Source: Candidatus Caldarchaeum sp.
GTDB lineage: Archaea > Thermoproteota > Nitrososphaeria_A > Caldarchaeales > Caldarchaeaceae
Reading direction: 5' to 3'
Assembly (NCBI GenBank): GCA_038740895.1
Contig: JAVYLK010000003.1
Location: forward strand, 19,820 to 83,819
Length of the DNA stretch: 64,000 nucleotides
How positions within the stretch are numbered: the first letter of the stretch is position 1; every line of letters begins with the position of its first letter. The notes under the pieces were generated by a model, which saw nothing but the letters and a program-made list of their open reading frames with translations, did not search any database and was not told the DNA's origin. A program made the translations under genes and the position numbers. Below, piece after piece: positions 35,903-45,296 of this stretch.

Positions 35903-36970
35903 TTGGCCGTCTTGGTGAGGCTTGAAGGCGACCCAGTTTATGCGGTAGCCAAGGCTTATGCGCTAAGGTCGATGCTCATGCCTTACGCCGTGTTGGAGGA
36001 GCTGGCCGACTCACGGTCTCTGACAGACCTTGTGGAAAGGCTCCGAACATCGCCGTACGGCCCGTTCCTAGCCCAGCTACAAAAACCCTTCACGGCCTTA
36101 GAAGTAGAGAAATCTCTGTGGAGACACTTGGTCCACGTCCATTACGGATTTATTCAGACAGCGCCCAAGCCCTTTCTGCTAAAACAGTACTTTATGCGGT
36201 ATGTCTACTTCAACCTCAAGAGTATTCTTAAAGGAAAAGCCATGAACAAGCCTGTGGATGAAGTGCTCAAGTCGGTCGACTTGTATCCTGAAACGCTCCT
36301 AGCCATCAGAGACAGGGCCCTCAGGGCTGCATCTGCCAAGGACATGGCTGAAGCCGTTAAGGAGCTCGTCAAGACCGAGCTTTCCTCCCTCGTATCGTCA
36401 GCCGTGGCGGTGTGGGAAAGTAAGAGGGATTTTTCAGCCATAGACGCTGTAGTTGACAAGATGTACGTCGAGGGCCTGCTCATGGCGTTCAAGAAGACTC
36501 CGAGGAGCGCCCGTAAATACTTAAGGCCTTTTGTCTCGATGGATGTGGACACATACGCCCTGACCACGGCTTTGAGGTCTAGGGGCTGGAGGCTTACACT
36601 GCCCCAGGCTAAGGAGTTCCTTCCTTCGCAGACGATTAACGTGAAGATGAGCGATGTGGAGAATCTTTTGACGGCAGAGGACGTTAAGGCTGTGTTTCAG
36701 CAGATCCAGTTGATGGACTACATGCGAAAGGTCAGCGTTGAGGACGAGCTTTACAAGACAGCGTTGTCGATCGAGGAAAGTGCAAGGAATGCGAAGATTA
36801 GGTACTCTGCTGAGAGCTTCTACAAAACGCCTTACCAACAGTCTGTTCTAGCAGCCTTTCTGGTGTTGAAAGAAGTGGAGGTAAGGAACCTATCTACGAT
36901 AGCCAAGAACATCGAGGAGGGCGTCGTAGACCCGGCTGCTATTGCAAGGCTTTTGGTCAAGTCCGTCTGA
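35903..36970 (+). CDS. atpC: A1AO ATP synthase subunit C (V-type d-subunit family)
   Basis: 355 aa all-helical protein; N-terminus AKAYALRSMLMPYAVLEELADSRSLTDLVERLRTSPYG is typical of the archaeal C subunit. Confidence 0.65.
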   Translation: MAVLVRLEGDPVYAVAKAYALRSMLMPYAVLEELADSRSLTDLVERLRTSPYGPFLAQLQKPFTALEVEKSLWRHLVHVHYGFIQTAPKPFLLKQYFMRYVYFNLKSILKGKAMNKPVDEVLKSVDLYPETLLAIRDRALRAASAKDMAEAVKELVKTELSSLVSSAVAVWESKRDFSAIDAVVDKMYVEGLLMAFKKTPRSARKYLRPFVSMDVDTYALTTALRSRGWRLTLPQAKEFLPSQTINVKMSDVENLLTAEDVKAVFQQIQLMDYMRKVSVEDELYKTALSIEESARNAKIRYSAESFYKTPYQQSVLAAFLVLKEVEVRNLSTIAKNIEEGVVDPAAIARLLVKSV

Positions 36971-37023
36971 AAGGCTGGCGAAAAGCTTCAACCTTTAAAT
37001 CAATTGCTAACAGGTAGGGTCCC

Positions 37024-38130
37024 ATGCGTGCACTGGGTATAGACCCGGGAACTGGGAACTTCGACTTCTGCTGCATCGAGGACGACGTGGACAGGGTTGT
37101 TTTAGATGAGACCGTTCCGTCGAAGCTCGTCGCCGAGGAGACCGGACAAATAATCCGAGTTATCAAGCAAGCCTCGCCCGACGTCGTGGCCGGACCCTCG
37201 GGATACGGCCTGCCGTTGAAGAAAGTAGCCGAGCTGTCCGACGATGACTTGGCCTTAACGACGCTGGAGAAAAAGACGGACTCGGGAATCTCTGTGCTCA
37301 GCGGTGTGAGACGGCTGCTGAGGATGATGAAGGAAGAGGGCATCGACGCGTACATGGTGCCCGGAGTTGTTCAGCTTTCCTCAGTACCGGAATACCGCAA
37401 GATCAATCGGGTTGACATGGGCACGGCTGACAAGACATGCGCTGCGGCCTACGCCGTGTGGGACCAGTCCCGAAGGCTTGGGATCAAGTACGGGGATACT
37501 AGGCTTGTCTGCGTCGAGCTGGGCTACGGCTACAACGCCGCGGTAGCTGTAGAGAACGGCAGGATCGTCGACGGGTTCGGCGGAACGTGTTTTCCCGGGC
37601 CAGGCTACCTGTCTCACGGTGGGATGGACGGGGAGCTGGCATATCTCTTGGGGGAGTTCAGCAAGAAAAGGCTTTTCGAGGGAGGCGCTTCTTACACGGA
37701 GGCGGGCTCTTCGGCCCCACTCGAGGATTTTGTTCAGAAGCGCTGCTCCGAATTCATAGATGGGTGGAGCAGCTTTGTTGAGGGAGTGGTCAAGGCTGTG
37801 GCTGGCTTGTCGTCGGTGATGGATTCTAAGCCGTATGAGGTGGTTTTGACGGGCAGGCTCTCCAGGGTGCCGGAGTTGAGGGAGGATATCGTCCAAGCTG
37901 TGGAGCGGAGGCTGGGTCTCAGGGCACGCAGGCCTGGGAACGTGTTCGCGAGGAGGGCTAAGGATGTTGCTATGGGGGCTGCTTTGGTCGCCGACGGGTT
38001 GGGCGGAGGTAGGTATGCTGAGCTTGTCGAGACCCTCGAGCTACGGAAATGTTCTGGAACGGTTCTCGACCATGTCAAACTGCCCAGCTTCGACGTCAGA
38101 AACATCATAAAACAGTTAAGGCAGGACTGA
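37024..38130 (+). CDS. ASKHA-superfamily protein (hydantoinase-like / DUF1464-type, H4MPT-linked family)
   Basis: 368 aa; N-terminal phosphate-1-like LGIDPGTGNFDF and later glycine-rich segments; sits beside methanopterin-type genes. Confidence 0.4.
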   Translation: MRALGIDPGTGNFDFCCIEDDVDRVVLDETVPSKLVAEETGQIIRVIKQASPDVVAGPSGYGLPLKKVAELSDDDLALTTLEKKTDSGISVLSGVRRLLRMMKEEGIDAYMVPGVVQLSSVPEYRKINRVDMGTADKTCAAAYAVWDQSRRLGIKYGDTRLVCVELGYGYNAAVAVENGRIVDGFGGTCFPGPGYLSHGGMDGELAYLLGEFSKKRLFEGGASYTEAGSSAPLEDFVQKRCSEFIDGWSSFVEGVVKAVAGLSSVMDSKPYEVVLTGRLSRVPELREDIVQAVERRLGLRARRPGNVFARRAKDVAMGAALVADGLGGGRYAELVETLELRKCSGTVLDHVKLPSFDVRNIIKQLRQD

Positions 38131-39051
38131 AGTTTGCGCCCCTTTGTTGTCTGCCTTCGTGGCGAAGACCACCCATCCATCGCCCAGCCGTTCACGTGTT
38201 CTAGAAACCGCTTCCTCCGCATCTTTGAAGGAGCTGAAGAACCCGTACACAGCCGGGCCCCAAGAGCTCTGCCCTAGGCCCAAAGCTCCGCAATCCTCCA
38301 GAATCCTCAAAGGCTCGGGGCGCCTGTAAACTCCTCCCTGAACCTGTGAAAAGTGGGAACCGATGGCTTTCTGCAGCTCTGTCAAGGCTTGTCCGAATTC
38401 TTCAGCGTCTTTTTCAGCTAGGGCTGGCAGCAGCTTCCCCATAACTAGGTGTGATAGCGAGGCACATTTTTCGTCAGGCATGGCGGGGAGACGGCTGAAA
38501 AGCTCGGCCTCCTGCTCGTCGGAGGGGCCCTTCTCACGTTCGGGGTACGCTACTGCGAACGCCCATTCTTCGGGGAAGCTCATCCTCAGAAAGCCTGAAA
38601 CACGTCCCGAATTCTTTCGCTTAGGCATGTCTACGACAAACCCGCCGTTTTCGAACACCGCCACACCCACTCCTGAAACGCTTCCACGGCCGAGCGCCCC
38701 CGCAAGCAGGCGTGTCGACGGGTTCAGGCCGTTGGCTTTGCACAGGGCGGTGGACACGGAGAGAGATAGCTGAGTACGGGATCCTAGGCCGACGTGTGCT
38801 GGAATAGTCTCGAGGACGGTTATCCTTCCAGTGAGCCTCTTGGCAAGGATTTTCTCAAGCCTAGCGGCCAGCGTCTTGACGTAATCTCGTTCATGTCCGT
38901 CGACTTCAAGCCCCTCCCAGCACTCAACTCTCACACGGCACGAAGGCTGCTCGACTCCAACACCGACTCCGCCGTACATCCGCCCAAAATGACCGCCAAG
39001 CTCCGTCAAACCGAGATGAAGCCTCGCCGGAGACTTGACATCAACGATCAA
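38116..39051 (-). CDS. mptG: beta-ribofuranosylaminobenzene 5'-phosphate synthase (MptG-like, GHMP-kinase fold), methanopterin-type cofactor biosynthesis
   Basis: N-terminus SPARLHLGLTELGGHFGRMYGGVGVGVEQPSCRVRVE fits the beta-RFAP synthase signature PSRLH.GLIDLNG...GG.G. Confidence 0.6.
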   Translation of the reverse strand: MIVDVKSPARLHLGLTELGGHFGRMYGGVGVGVEQPSCRVRVECWEGLEVDGHERDYVKTLAARLEKILAKRLTGRITVLETIPAHVGLGSRTQLSLSVSTALCKANGLNPSTRLLAGALGRGSVSGVGVAVFENGGFVVDMPKRKNSGRVSGFLRMSFPEEWAFAVAYPEREKGPSDEQEAELFSRLPAMPDEKCASLSHLVMGKLLPALAEKDAEEFGQALTELQKAIGSHFSQVQGGVYRRPEPLRILEDCGALGLGQSSWGPAVYGFFSSFKDAEEAVSRTRERLGDGWVVFATKADNKGAQTSVLP

Positions 39052-39671
39052 GCACGATCAACCAGCCTAGACGCTTCTCTGACGATCTTTTCAATCATGC
39101 TTAGATGGGCTTCGTTGGAGGAGACGCGTTGGACTAGTTTCTCGTAGTACTTGATTCTATCAAGCAGAGCCTCTGCTTCGTTGTGTCTCTCGGTTCCTGC
39201 GAAGGCCCTTACCCTAGTGAAGTGAATCAAGGCCTCCATCAAGGCATGCTCAGCCCTGCTGTAGGGTCGTGGCTTCTCAACAACCAGGTCGACGTTCTCG
39301 ACGCTGCATAAGGCCTCAGCTCTAGGCCCCGAGAATTCTCTGAGCTCCGAGACGACAGCCTCAACCCAAGCCGAGGCCTCCATAACCCGGGGAGCGTTGA
39401 CACGCCTAGCCTCTCCGAAGGTCAAGCCTTGGTCGAACACGGCTTTGTAGAAAACAACGGGGTCGCGGCATACGTTCACCACTAAGCTCCGCCTGTTCAC
39501 CAAATTGTTGTAGGTCTTCGTGTCTTTAAAGGGCTTGAGCAGGATTGAGACGCCGTCGGCCGTCGTGCAGCCCATCGCAGCCGCATGCGGCACGCCGTTA
39601 ACCGAGTATGTCGACACTATCACCTCAACCCAGACACCGGCCATAAACCCGGCTTCAGCCAAGCTCTTCAA
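39048..39671 (-). CDS. DUF447-family protein (FMN-binding split-barrel-like; methanopterin-associated)
   Basis: 207 aa; an N-terminal beta-rich half and C-terminal helical half as in DUF447 proteins of methanogens; ATGA-coupled between E2 and mptG. Confidence 0.4.
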   Translation of the reverse strand: MKSLAEAGFMAGVWVEVIVSTYSVNGVPHAAAMGCTTADGVSILLKPFKDTKTYNNLVNRRSLVVNVCRDPVVFYKAVFDQGLTFGEARRVNAPRVMEASAWVEAVVSELREFSGPRAEALCSVENVDLVVEKPRPYSRAEHALMEALIHFTRVRAFAGTERHNEAEALLDRIKYYEKLVQRVSSNEAHLSMIEKIVREASRLVDRA

Positions 39672-40801
39672 AATCGGCCTATAACCTGCTTAATGTTCTC
39701 CAGGTTTCGCTTAAGCTCTAACACGAAACCACTCATAGTTCCGCCGTCGACAGCTCTGTGGTCTATCGTCGTGGCCAGCTCAAGCACCTCTCCCACAACC
39801 ACGGCGTCGTTCCGGACGACTGGTCTTTTCTCAATCCTGCCAACGCCCACGACAGCTATCTCGGGATAGTTTATCAACGGCGTTCCTGAAAGCGAGCCGA
39901 GAGAACCGTAGTTGGAGATGCTGATCGTCCCACCCCTAATCTCCTCCAGCGTAAGCCGTCCAGCCCTAGCCTTCTCCGCAAGCTCCTCAACCTCCTTGGC
40001 GAGAGTCCACACATCCTTCGACTCGACGTTCTTCACGTTGGGAACCAATAGACCCTCAGCCGTGTCAACAGCAAAACCTATGTTGACACTCCTTGAAACG
40101 ACAATTTCGTTCCTCTCGTCGTCTATCCAGCCGTTCATCACCGGATATTTCCGCACAGTCTCAACAATAGCCTTCATGATCAACGGCATGTAAGTTATCT
40201 TCAAGTCCCTAGCCCTAGGGTCCCTGCGCAGCTCATCCCTAAGCTTCACAAGCTCCTCTGCGTCGACCACCTCGAAAACAGTCACCAAAGCAGTCCTAGA
40301 CCTGGCGGTGACCAGCCGCTCGGCTATCATGCGTCTCAGCCCCTTGATCGGTATTCTCGTCTCGGCTGCAGAAGCCGCTCTTTTAACATCGTCCTCGGTT
40401 ATTCTACCGCCGGGCCCTGTTCCGGTTACTGCGGAGATGTCGACGCCCAAATCCCTCGCCAGCTTCTTGACCGCAGGAGTAGCTATAACGCCTGTTTTCT
40501 GAACGGGTTGTTGAGCCAGCGTCTTCGGAGTTGATGTCTCCTCTAACCGAGCCTCCTCCAAGGCTTCCTCCGACTGTATCTCGATGAACGGGTCACCTAC
40601 CTTCAACACCTGTCCGGGGCTGGCGAGGAACCTCACCACTCTTCCCTTGACAGGGGACGGGATCTCTATGTTGACTTTGACCGTCATCACTTCGACTAGA
40701 GGCTGGTACTTCTCAACCTCGTCGCCCTCCTTAACCAAGAACCTGATGACCTCTCCCTCAGCTATTCCTTCACCAACATCCGGCAGCTTCAGGACAACCA
40801 T
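39668..40801 (-). CDS. lipoyl-domain acyltransferase (2-oxoacid dehydrogenase E2-like)
   Basis: N-terminal lipoyl domain with EVMTVKVNIEIPSP, peripheral subunit-binding domain, and catalytic domain with DHRAVDG; 377 aa. Confidence 0.75.
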   Translation of the reverse strand: MVVLKLPDVGEGIAEGEVIRFLVKEGDEVEKYQPLVEVMTVKVNIEIPSPVKGRVVRFLASPGQVLKVGDPFIEIQSEEALEEARLEETSTPKTLAQQPVQKTGVIATPAVKKLARDLGVDISAVTGTGPGGRITEDDVKRAASAAETRIPIKGLRRMIAERLVTARSRTALVTVFEVVDAEELVKLRDELRRDPRARDLKITYMPLIMKAIVETVRKYPVMNGWIDDERNEIVVSRSVNIGFAVDTAEGLLVPNVKNVESKDVWTLAKEVEELAEKARAGRLTLEEIRGGTISISNYGSLGSLSGTPLINYPEIAVVGVGRIEKRPVVRNDAVVVGEVLELATTIDHRAVDGGTMSGFVLELKRNLENIKQVIGRF

Positions 40802-40834
40802 TCACAGCCTTGACTAACGTCTAGCTTTCTAATA

Positions 40835-42040
40835 TTAAATCTTACCTTCACGCCTGAGGAAGAACAGCGAGGCAACGCCTGCAGCAGCCAGCCCTGTGGG
40901 ATAGGCTAGCGCAGCCGAGTAGCCCATTCTTTCGGCGATGAACCCGGCTATGAAAGGAGCTGAAGTGGGGCCGACGATGCCCGCAGCTGTGAACATCTTG
41001 CCCAGTATCGTTGAGGCTGCTGGGCCGAAGTTTCTGACGAGATGGCTGTAGACGAGGGGGAAGTACATGGCGGTCGAGGCTGCTTGGACGACCATCACAA
41101 CAGCGTAGAACTCGCTGTAGGGGCCCAGCATCAGGTAAGCGTTGGACACGAGGTTAATCGTCGTAAGTGCTGCGGCGACTCTAAGAAAACCAAACCGGTC
41201 GTGGAGATGACCGCCCAACGGCTGGCCGAACACTCCTAGAAGCCGACTAGCCCCTACTACCGAGGCCACGAACCCCTTGTCCAACCCGAACGTGTCGACT
41301 AGATGAAGAGGAACTATCGCGACAACTCCCAAGTTCCCCACGAGGTTCGCCGTGGTCAGCACCGTCAGAGGAACGGTCCTGGGGTTCGCCGATGCTTGGA
41401 GCCTATTCCCCGCTGCGTGGGTTTCACGGCTTCCTTCCCTGATAAACATCAAGGACAGACCTGTCAGCACAGGAACTAGAGCCCAAGCGAGAAGCGGGGC
41501 TGAGAAGGCAGTCGTCGAGATGAGGAAGGCGAGTACCAGGGGGCCCAGGGTTTGTCCCGTCGGGGCTGCTGACTCGTGGATGCCGATGGTGAGACCTTGT
41601 CTAGGTCCTTTGAAGAGCCTTCCCAGCCACGGGATGGCGGAGGGCAGATGCATCGAGAGGAATAGGCCGGTCGCGAAGACCCCCGCATACATGACGTAGA
41701 CGTTCTCCGCCAGCGAGGCCGCCCCCAGCACAACACCCGACCCCAACGTCGCATAGACCACGCCGTTTTTCGACCCTATCTTCGTGGCCAGCTTCCCCGA
41801 GAAATAGGCGAACGAGTAAAACCCTAGGTTCAGCAGCCCGGGGATGGCTGCGGCTTCAGCTGTAGAGATCTCCAGCCGTTGCCTGATGAACGGCGTTATG
41901 GCGGGTATTCCTACACGGGTGCCGTGGCTCCAGAACCATGATATCCAAGTTAGCAAAAGTATCTTTCGAGCGGTCCCGTTCACCGAACCCACCCAACAAG
42001 CTTGGGCAGCTCGCTTGGGTCTATCACAGGCAGCCTGCAT
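40835..42040 (-). CDS. major facilitator superfamily transporter
   Basis: 401 aa with about 12 TM helices; its 5' end overlaps the upstream gene by 60 nt, so the true start may be an internal Met. Confidence 0.65.
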   Translation of the reverse strand: MQAACDRPKRAAQACWVGSVNGTARKILLLTWISWFWSHGTRVGIPAITPFIRQRLEISTAEAAAIPGLLNLGFYSFAYFSGKLATKIGSKNGVVYATLGSGVVLGAASLAENVYVMYAGVFATGLFLSMHLPSAIPWLGRLFKGPRQGLTIGIHESAAPTGQTLGPLVLAFLISTTAFSAPLLAWALVPVLTGLSLMFIREGSRETHAAGNRLQASANPRTVPLTVLTTANLVGNLGVVAIVPLHLVDTFGLDKGFVASVVGASRLLGVFGQPLGGHLHDRFGFLRVAAALTTINLVSNAYLMLGPYSEFYAVVMVVQAASTAMYFPLVYSHLVRNFGPAASTILGKMFTAAGIVGPTSAPFIAGFIAERMGYSAALAYPTGLAAAGVASLFFLRREGKI

Positions 42041-44082
42041 GCGTAGTTTTCGCAGACGTAAGCTGCTGGCTGTCCGTCCAAAGGCTGTTTGTCAGCCGTG
42101 AGGGTTGTCAGCTCCGAAAGCTTTCGCCTGTTCCAGTCTCCCACTACGACAACCGTCTTGAATGGATGGTAATTTCTGTGCAGATGGTCGAGGAATGGCT
42201 CAGCCTCTTCTCTACTGCCGCACGCCACCACTATCTCCGTCCTCGGCTGGCGGTAGGCTGCAAGCGCCTGCAGCATGAAGATATGCTCTGTAGGGTGGTT
42301 GTTGAGCTGGTCTGAAAAAGCCTTGAAAACCCCGCTTGCTTTCTCTAAGTACTGAGACCGGCCTGTCAGCTCGTACAGTCGTATTAGGAGCCATGCAGCC
42401 ATGGAGTTGCCTGAAGGCATTACTCCGTCATAAGCCTCCTTAATCCTCGAGACATCCGCCACGTCCTCGACAGCGTAGAAGAACCCTCCCTTGTCGTCGT
42501 CCCAGAAAAGCTCCGTCATCCTGTCGGCTAGGTGTATTGCAGCCTCCAAGTATTTTGTCTCAAAACATGTTTGGAAAAGGTCGACTAAGCCGTTCGCCAT
42601 GAAGGCGTAGTCTTCCAAGAACCCCTCCGCTCCGGTTCTCTGTCTGTAAACTCTATGAAGAACACCGTTCCTGTAAAGCCTGTCCAGCACGAAGTCGGCG
42701 GCCTTGACCGCTGCTTCTAGGTAGCGCTGCTCTCTGAGTGCTTGGTAAGCATGGCTGTAGCATGAAACCGCCAAACCGTTCCATGAGGTTATTATCTTGT
42801 CGTCGACCGCTGGCCTCGGCCTCCGCCGCCTCGTGCTGAGAAGCCTCTCACGCACATGCTGTACCCTGATGCCCAGTTCCTCGACGTCGATGTTCAGCTC
42901 CTTCGAAAGCGTCTCCAAGTTCTTGACAAAGGTTAGGATAGATTTTCCCTCCTCAAAGTTCCCGTTCTCAGCCACACCGAAGGCTTTCAACGCTATCTCG
43001 ACGTCCCTGCCATCCAAAGCCTGCTCGACCTCCGACTTTCGCCAAACGTAGTAAGCCCCCTCACCCTCGGGGCTGTCGGCGTCGACGGCTGAGTAAAAAC
43101 CACCTTCTGGAGCGGAGAGCTCGTCCAGCATCCAGTCGAGGGTCGAGACCGCAACTCTTCGCATAAACTCGTTGCCCGTAAGCTGGTAGTTCTGGAGATA
43201 TGTCCGGGCTAGTAGGGCGTTGTCGTAAAGCATCTTCTCGAAGTGAGGCACAAGCCATATGCGGTCGGTTGAGTAGCGGAAAAACCCCCCACCAAGCTGG
43301 TCGTGAACGCCTCCCCTTGCCATCCTCTCGAGTGTGTGGGATGCCATCTTGAGAGCCAACGCCTCCCTTTCGACGGCGTAGTAGGCATGCAGGAACTCAA
43401 TGTAAAGCGGCATGGGGAACTTGGGCGCCGTCCCGAAGCCTCCGTAGACCTCGTCGTAGGAGTTCACTAAAGTGTCAAACGCTTGGACTACGGCGTTGTA
43501 TTCCGGCTCCTGACCAGCAGGCTCGACCATGTAGAGGCTTTTCACAACGGATGATGTCTGCTCGGCAGCCCTCCTAAGCTCGTCCGGGCTTCTCCTCCAA
43601 AGGTCGGCCACAGCTCTGAGTATTTCATCCAAGCCTCTCAACCCTCCTCTTCTTCTTGGAGGAAAGTACGTTCCACCGAACACCGGCTTCAAGTCAGGCG
43701 TCAGAATAACCGTCAACGGCCATCCACCATGGCCGGTCATCAGCATCACAGCCTTCATGTACAGCTCGTCGACGTCAGGCCTTTCCTCTCTGTCAACCTT
43801 GACAGGAACGTAGTATGTGTTCAAAAGGTCAGCTATCTGCTTATCCTCGAAAGATTCTCGCTCCATCACATGGCACCAGTGGCAAGAAGAGTACCCTATG
43901 CTCAGGAAAATCAGCTTATTCTCCACCCTGGCCTTCTCGAAAGCCTCTTCGCCCCAGGGATACCAGTCGACGGGGTTGTAGGCGTGCTGGAGGAGGTAAG
44001 GGCTCTGCTCGTTGGCCAGCCTGTTGGGCTTGCGCATGCAGTATGCTTTTCTAAAGCTCTTAATGAGCATATTGCGAAGCAC
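41980..44082 (-). CDS. thioredoxin-domain protein of the DUF255/YyaL (SSP411) family with C-terminal six-hairpin glycosidase-like domain
   Basis: N-terminal [22 protein letters not shown]...[19 protein letters not shown] is the DUF255 signature; 700 aa. Confidence 0.75.
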   Translation of the reverse strand: MLRNMLIKSFRKAYCMRKPNRLANEQSPYLLQHAYNPVDWYPWGEEAFEKARVENKLIFLSIGYSSCHWCHVMERESFEDKQIADLLNTYYVPVKVDREERPDVDELYMKAVMLMTGHGGWPLTVILTPDLKPVFGGTYFPPRRRGGLRGLDEILRAVADLWRRSPDELRRAAEQTSSVVKSLYMVEPAGQEPEYNAVVQAFDTLVNSYDEVYGGFGTAPKFPMPLYIEFLHAYYAVEREALALKMASHTLERMARGGVHDQLGGGFFRYSTDRIWLVPHFEKMLYDNALLARTYLQNYQLTGNEFMRRVAVSTLDWMLDELSAPEGGFYSAVDADSPEGEGAYYVWRKSEVEQALDGRDVEIALKAFGVAENGNFEEGKSILTFVKNLETLSKELNIDVEELGIRVQHVRERLLSTRRRRPRPAVDDKIITSWNGLAVSCYSHAYQALREQRYLEAAVKAADFVLDRLYRNGVLHRVYRQRTGAEGFLEDYAFMANGLVDLFQTCFETKYLEAAIHLADRMTELFWDDDKGGFFYAVEDVADVSRIKEAYDGVMPSGNSMAAWLLIRLYELTGRSQYLEKASGVFKAFSDQLNNHPTEHIFMLQALAAYRQPRTEIVVACGSREEAEPFLDHLHRNYHPFKTVVVVGDWNRRKLSELTTLTADKQPLDGQPAAYVCENYACRLPVIDPSELPKLVGWVR

Positions 44083-44091
44083 TGTTTATTA
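44083..44091 (+). promoter_or_regulatory. TATA box (gtttattac) for tyrS
   Basis: About 27 bp upstream of the ATG at 44116. Confidence 0.35.
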
Positions 44092-44115
44092 CCTGACACG
44101 GCTGCTGAAAATACG

Positions 44116-45207
44116 ATGGACTTAGAGACTAGGATGGAGCTGATAATGCGGCCCCCGACGGAGGAGGTTATCACTCCGGACGAGCTCAGAAGCCTGCTTG
44201 AGACCGAGTCAAGCCCCGTTGCTTACGACGGGTTCGAGCCTAGCGGCCTCGCCCATATACCCTTCGCTCTTCTCAGGGTCGTCAAGCTCAGGGACATGCT
44301 TGAGGCGGGGTGCAGGTTCAAGCTGCTGCTGGCAGACTGGCACGCAGCCATCAACAAGAAGATGGGAGGCGACCTCGAGAAGATTCGGCGGGTCGGAGAG
44401 TATTTCGTTGAAGTCTGGAAGGCCTCGGGCGTGGACGTCAACAAGGTGGACATAGTATGGGCTAGCGACCTGACGGCCGACAGGGATTACTGGAAGCTCG
44501 TCATAGAGGTTTTGAGGAGCACGACGCTTAGAAGGGTGCTCCGCTGTCTCCCCATAATGGGCAGGAAAGAGGGAGAACTTCAGGAAGCAGCTCAGCTCCT
44601 GTACCCAGGCATGCAGGTCGCCGACATATTCACCCTAGGTGCGAAGATATGCCAGCTTGGCCTCGACCAGCGAAGGGCCAACATCCTAGCCAGGGAGATA
44701 GGTCCAAAGCTTGGGCTTTGGAAACCTGTCGCAGTCCACCACCACATGCTGATGGGGTTGTCTGGTCCTACGGGCCCTATGGGGATGGAGGAGGAGGAAG
44801 CCCTAGACATCCAGATCAGCTCCAAGATGAGTAAGAGCATTCCTGAGTCGAGCATCTACGTCCACGACGACTACGAGACTATCAAGCATAAGATCCACAA
44901 CGCCTACTGTCCTCCTAAACAGGTTTCAGGCAACCCTGTACTAGAGTACTGCAGGTACGTGATATTTCCGTTAAAGAAAAAAATGATGGTCGAGAGGCCT
45001 GCAAAGTTCGGGGGAGACGTTGAGTACGTTGACTACAGCCAGCTCTCTAAGGACTTCGTCGACGGCTCACTTCATCCTCTAGACCTCAAGAACGCAGTCG
45101 CTCGTGCGTTGGACGAGCTGTTGACACCTGTGAGAAAATGGTTCGAGACCGACATGAAGGCGAAAAGCTTGTACGAATTCGTCAAGTCTCAGGAGGTCAC
45201 CCGTTGA
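44116..45207 (+). CDS. tyrS: tyrosyl-tRNA synthetase (archaeal type)
   Basis: YDGFEPSG and HIGH-region variant, KMSKS present, C-terminal RPAKFGGD and LHPLDLKNAVA resemble archaeal TyrRS. The ORF track start at 43729 runs antisense into the neighbouring gene; the ATG at 44116 follows a TATA box. Confidence 0.8.
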   Translation: MDLETRMELIMRPPTEEVITPDELRSLLETESSPVAYDGFEPSGLAHIPFALLRVVKLRDMLEAGCRFKLLLADWHAAINKKMGGDLEKIRRVGEYFVEVWKASGVDVNKVDIVWASDLTADRDYWKLVIEVLRSTTLRRVLRCLPIMGRKEGELQEAAQLLYPGMQVADIFTLGAKICQLGLDQRRANILAREIGPKLGLWKPVAVHHHMLMGLSGPTGPMGMEEEEALDIQISSKMSKSIPESSIYVHDDYETIKHKIHNAYCPPKQVSGNPVLEYCRYVIFPLKKKMMVERPAKFGGDVEYVDYSQLSKDFVDGSLHPLDLKNAVARALDELLTPVRKWFETDMKAKSLYEFVKSQEVTR

Positions 45208-45264
45208 ACATCCGAGGCATGCTTTTAAATTGTTTAATCATTTAACTGTAGAAAAGGGGTAAAA

Positions 45265-45275
45265 TCTTATATCGT
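45265..45275 (+). promoter_or_regulatory. TATA box (tcttatatcg) for nrdJ
   Basis: About 25 bp upstream of the ATG at 45297, within an AT-rich spacer. Confidence 0.35.
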
Positions 45276-45296
45276 GTCTAACTTCCTCGTATCATC

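Noticed and set aside
43729-44115. Long 5' extension of the TyrRS ORF in the six-frame track
   Set aside because: The extension is antisense to the 700 aa thioredoxin-domain gene. A TATA box at 44083 and homology to archaeal TyrRS begin only at the ATG at 44116.
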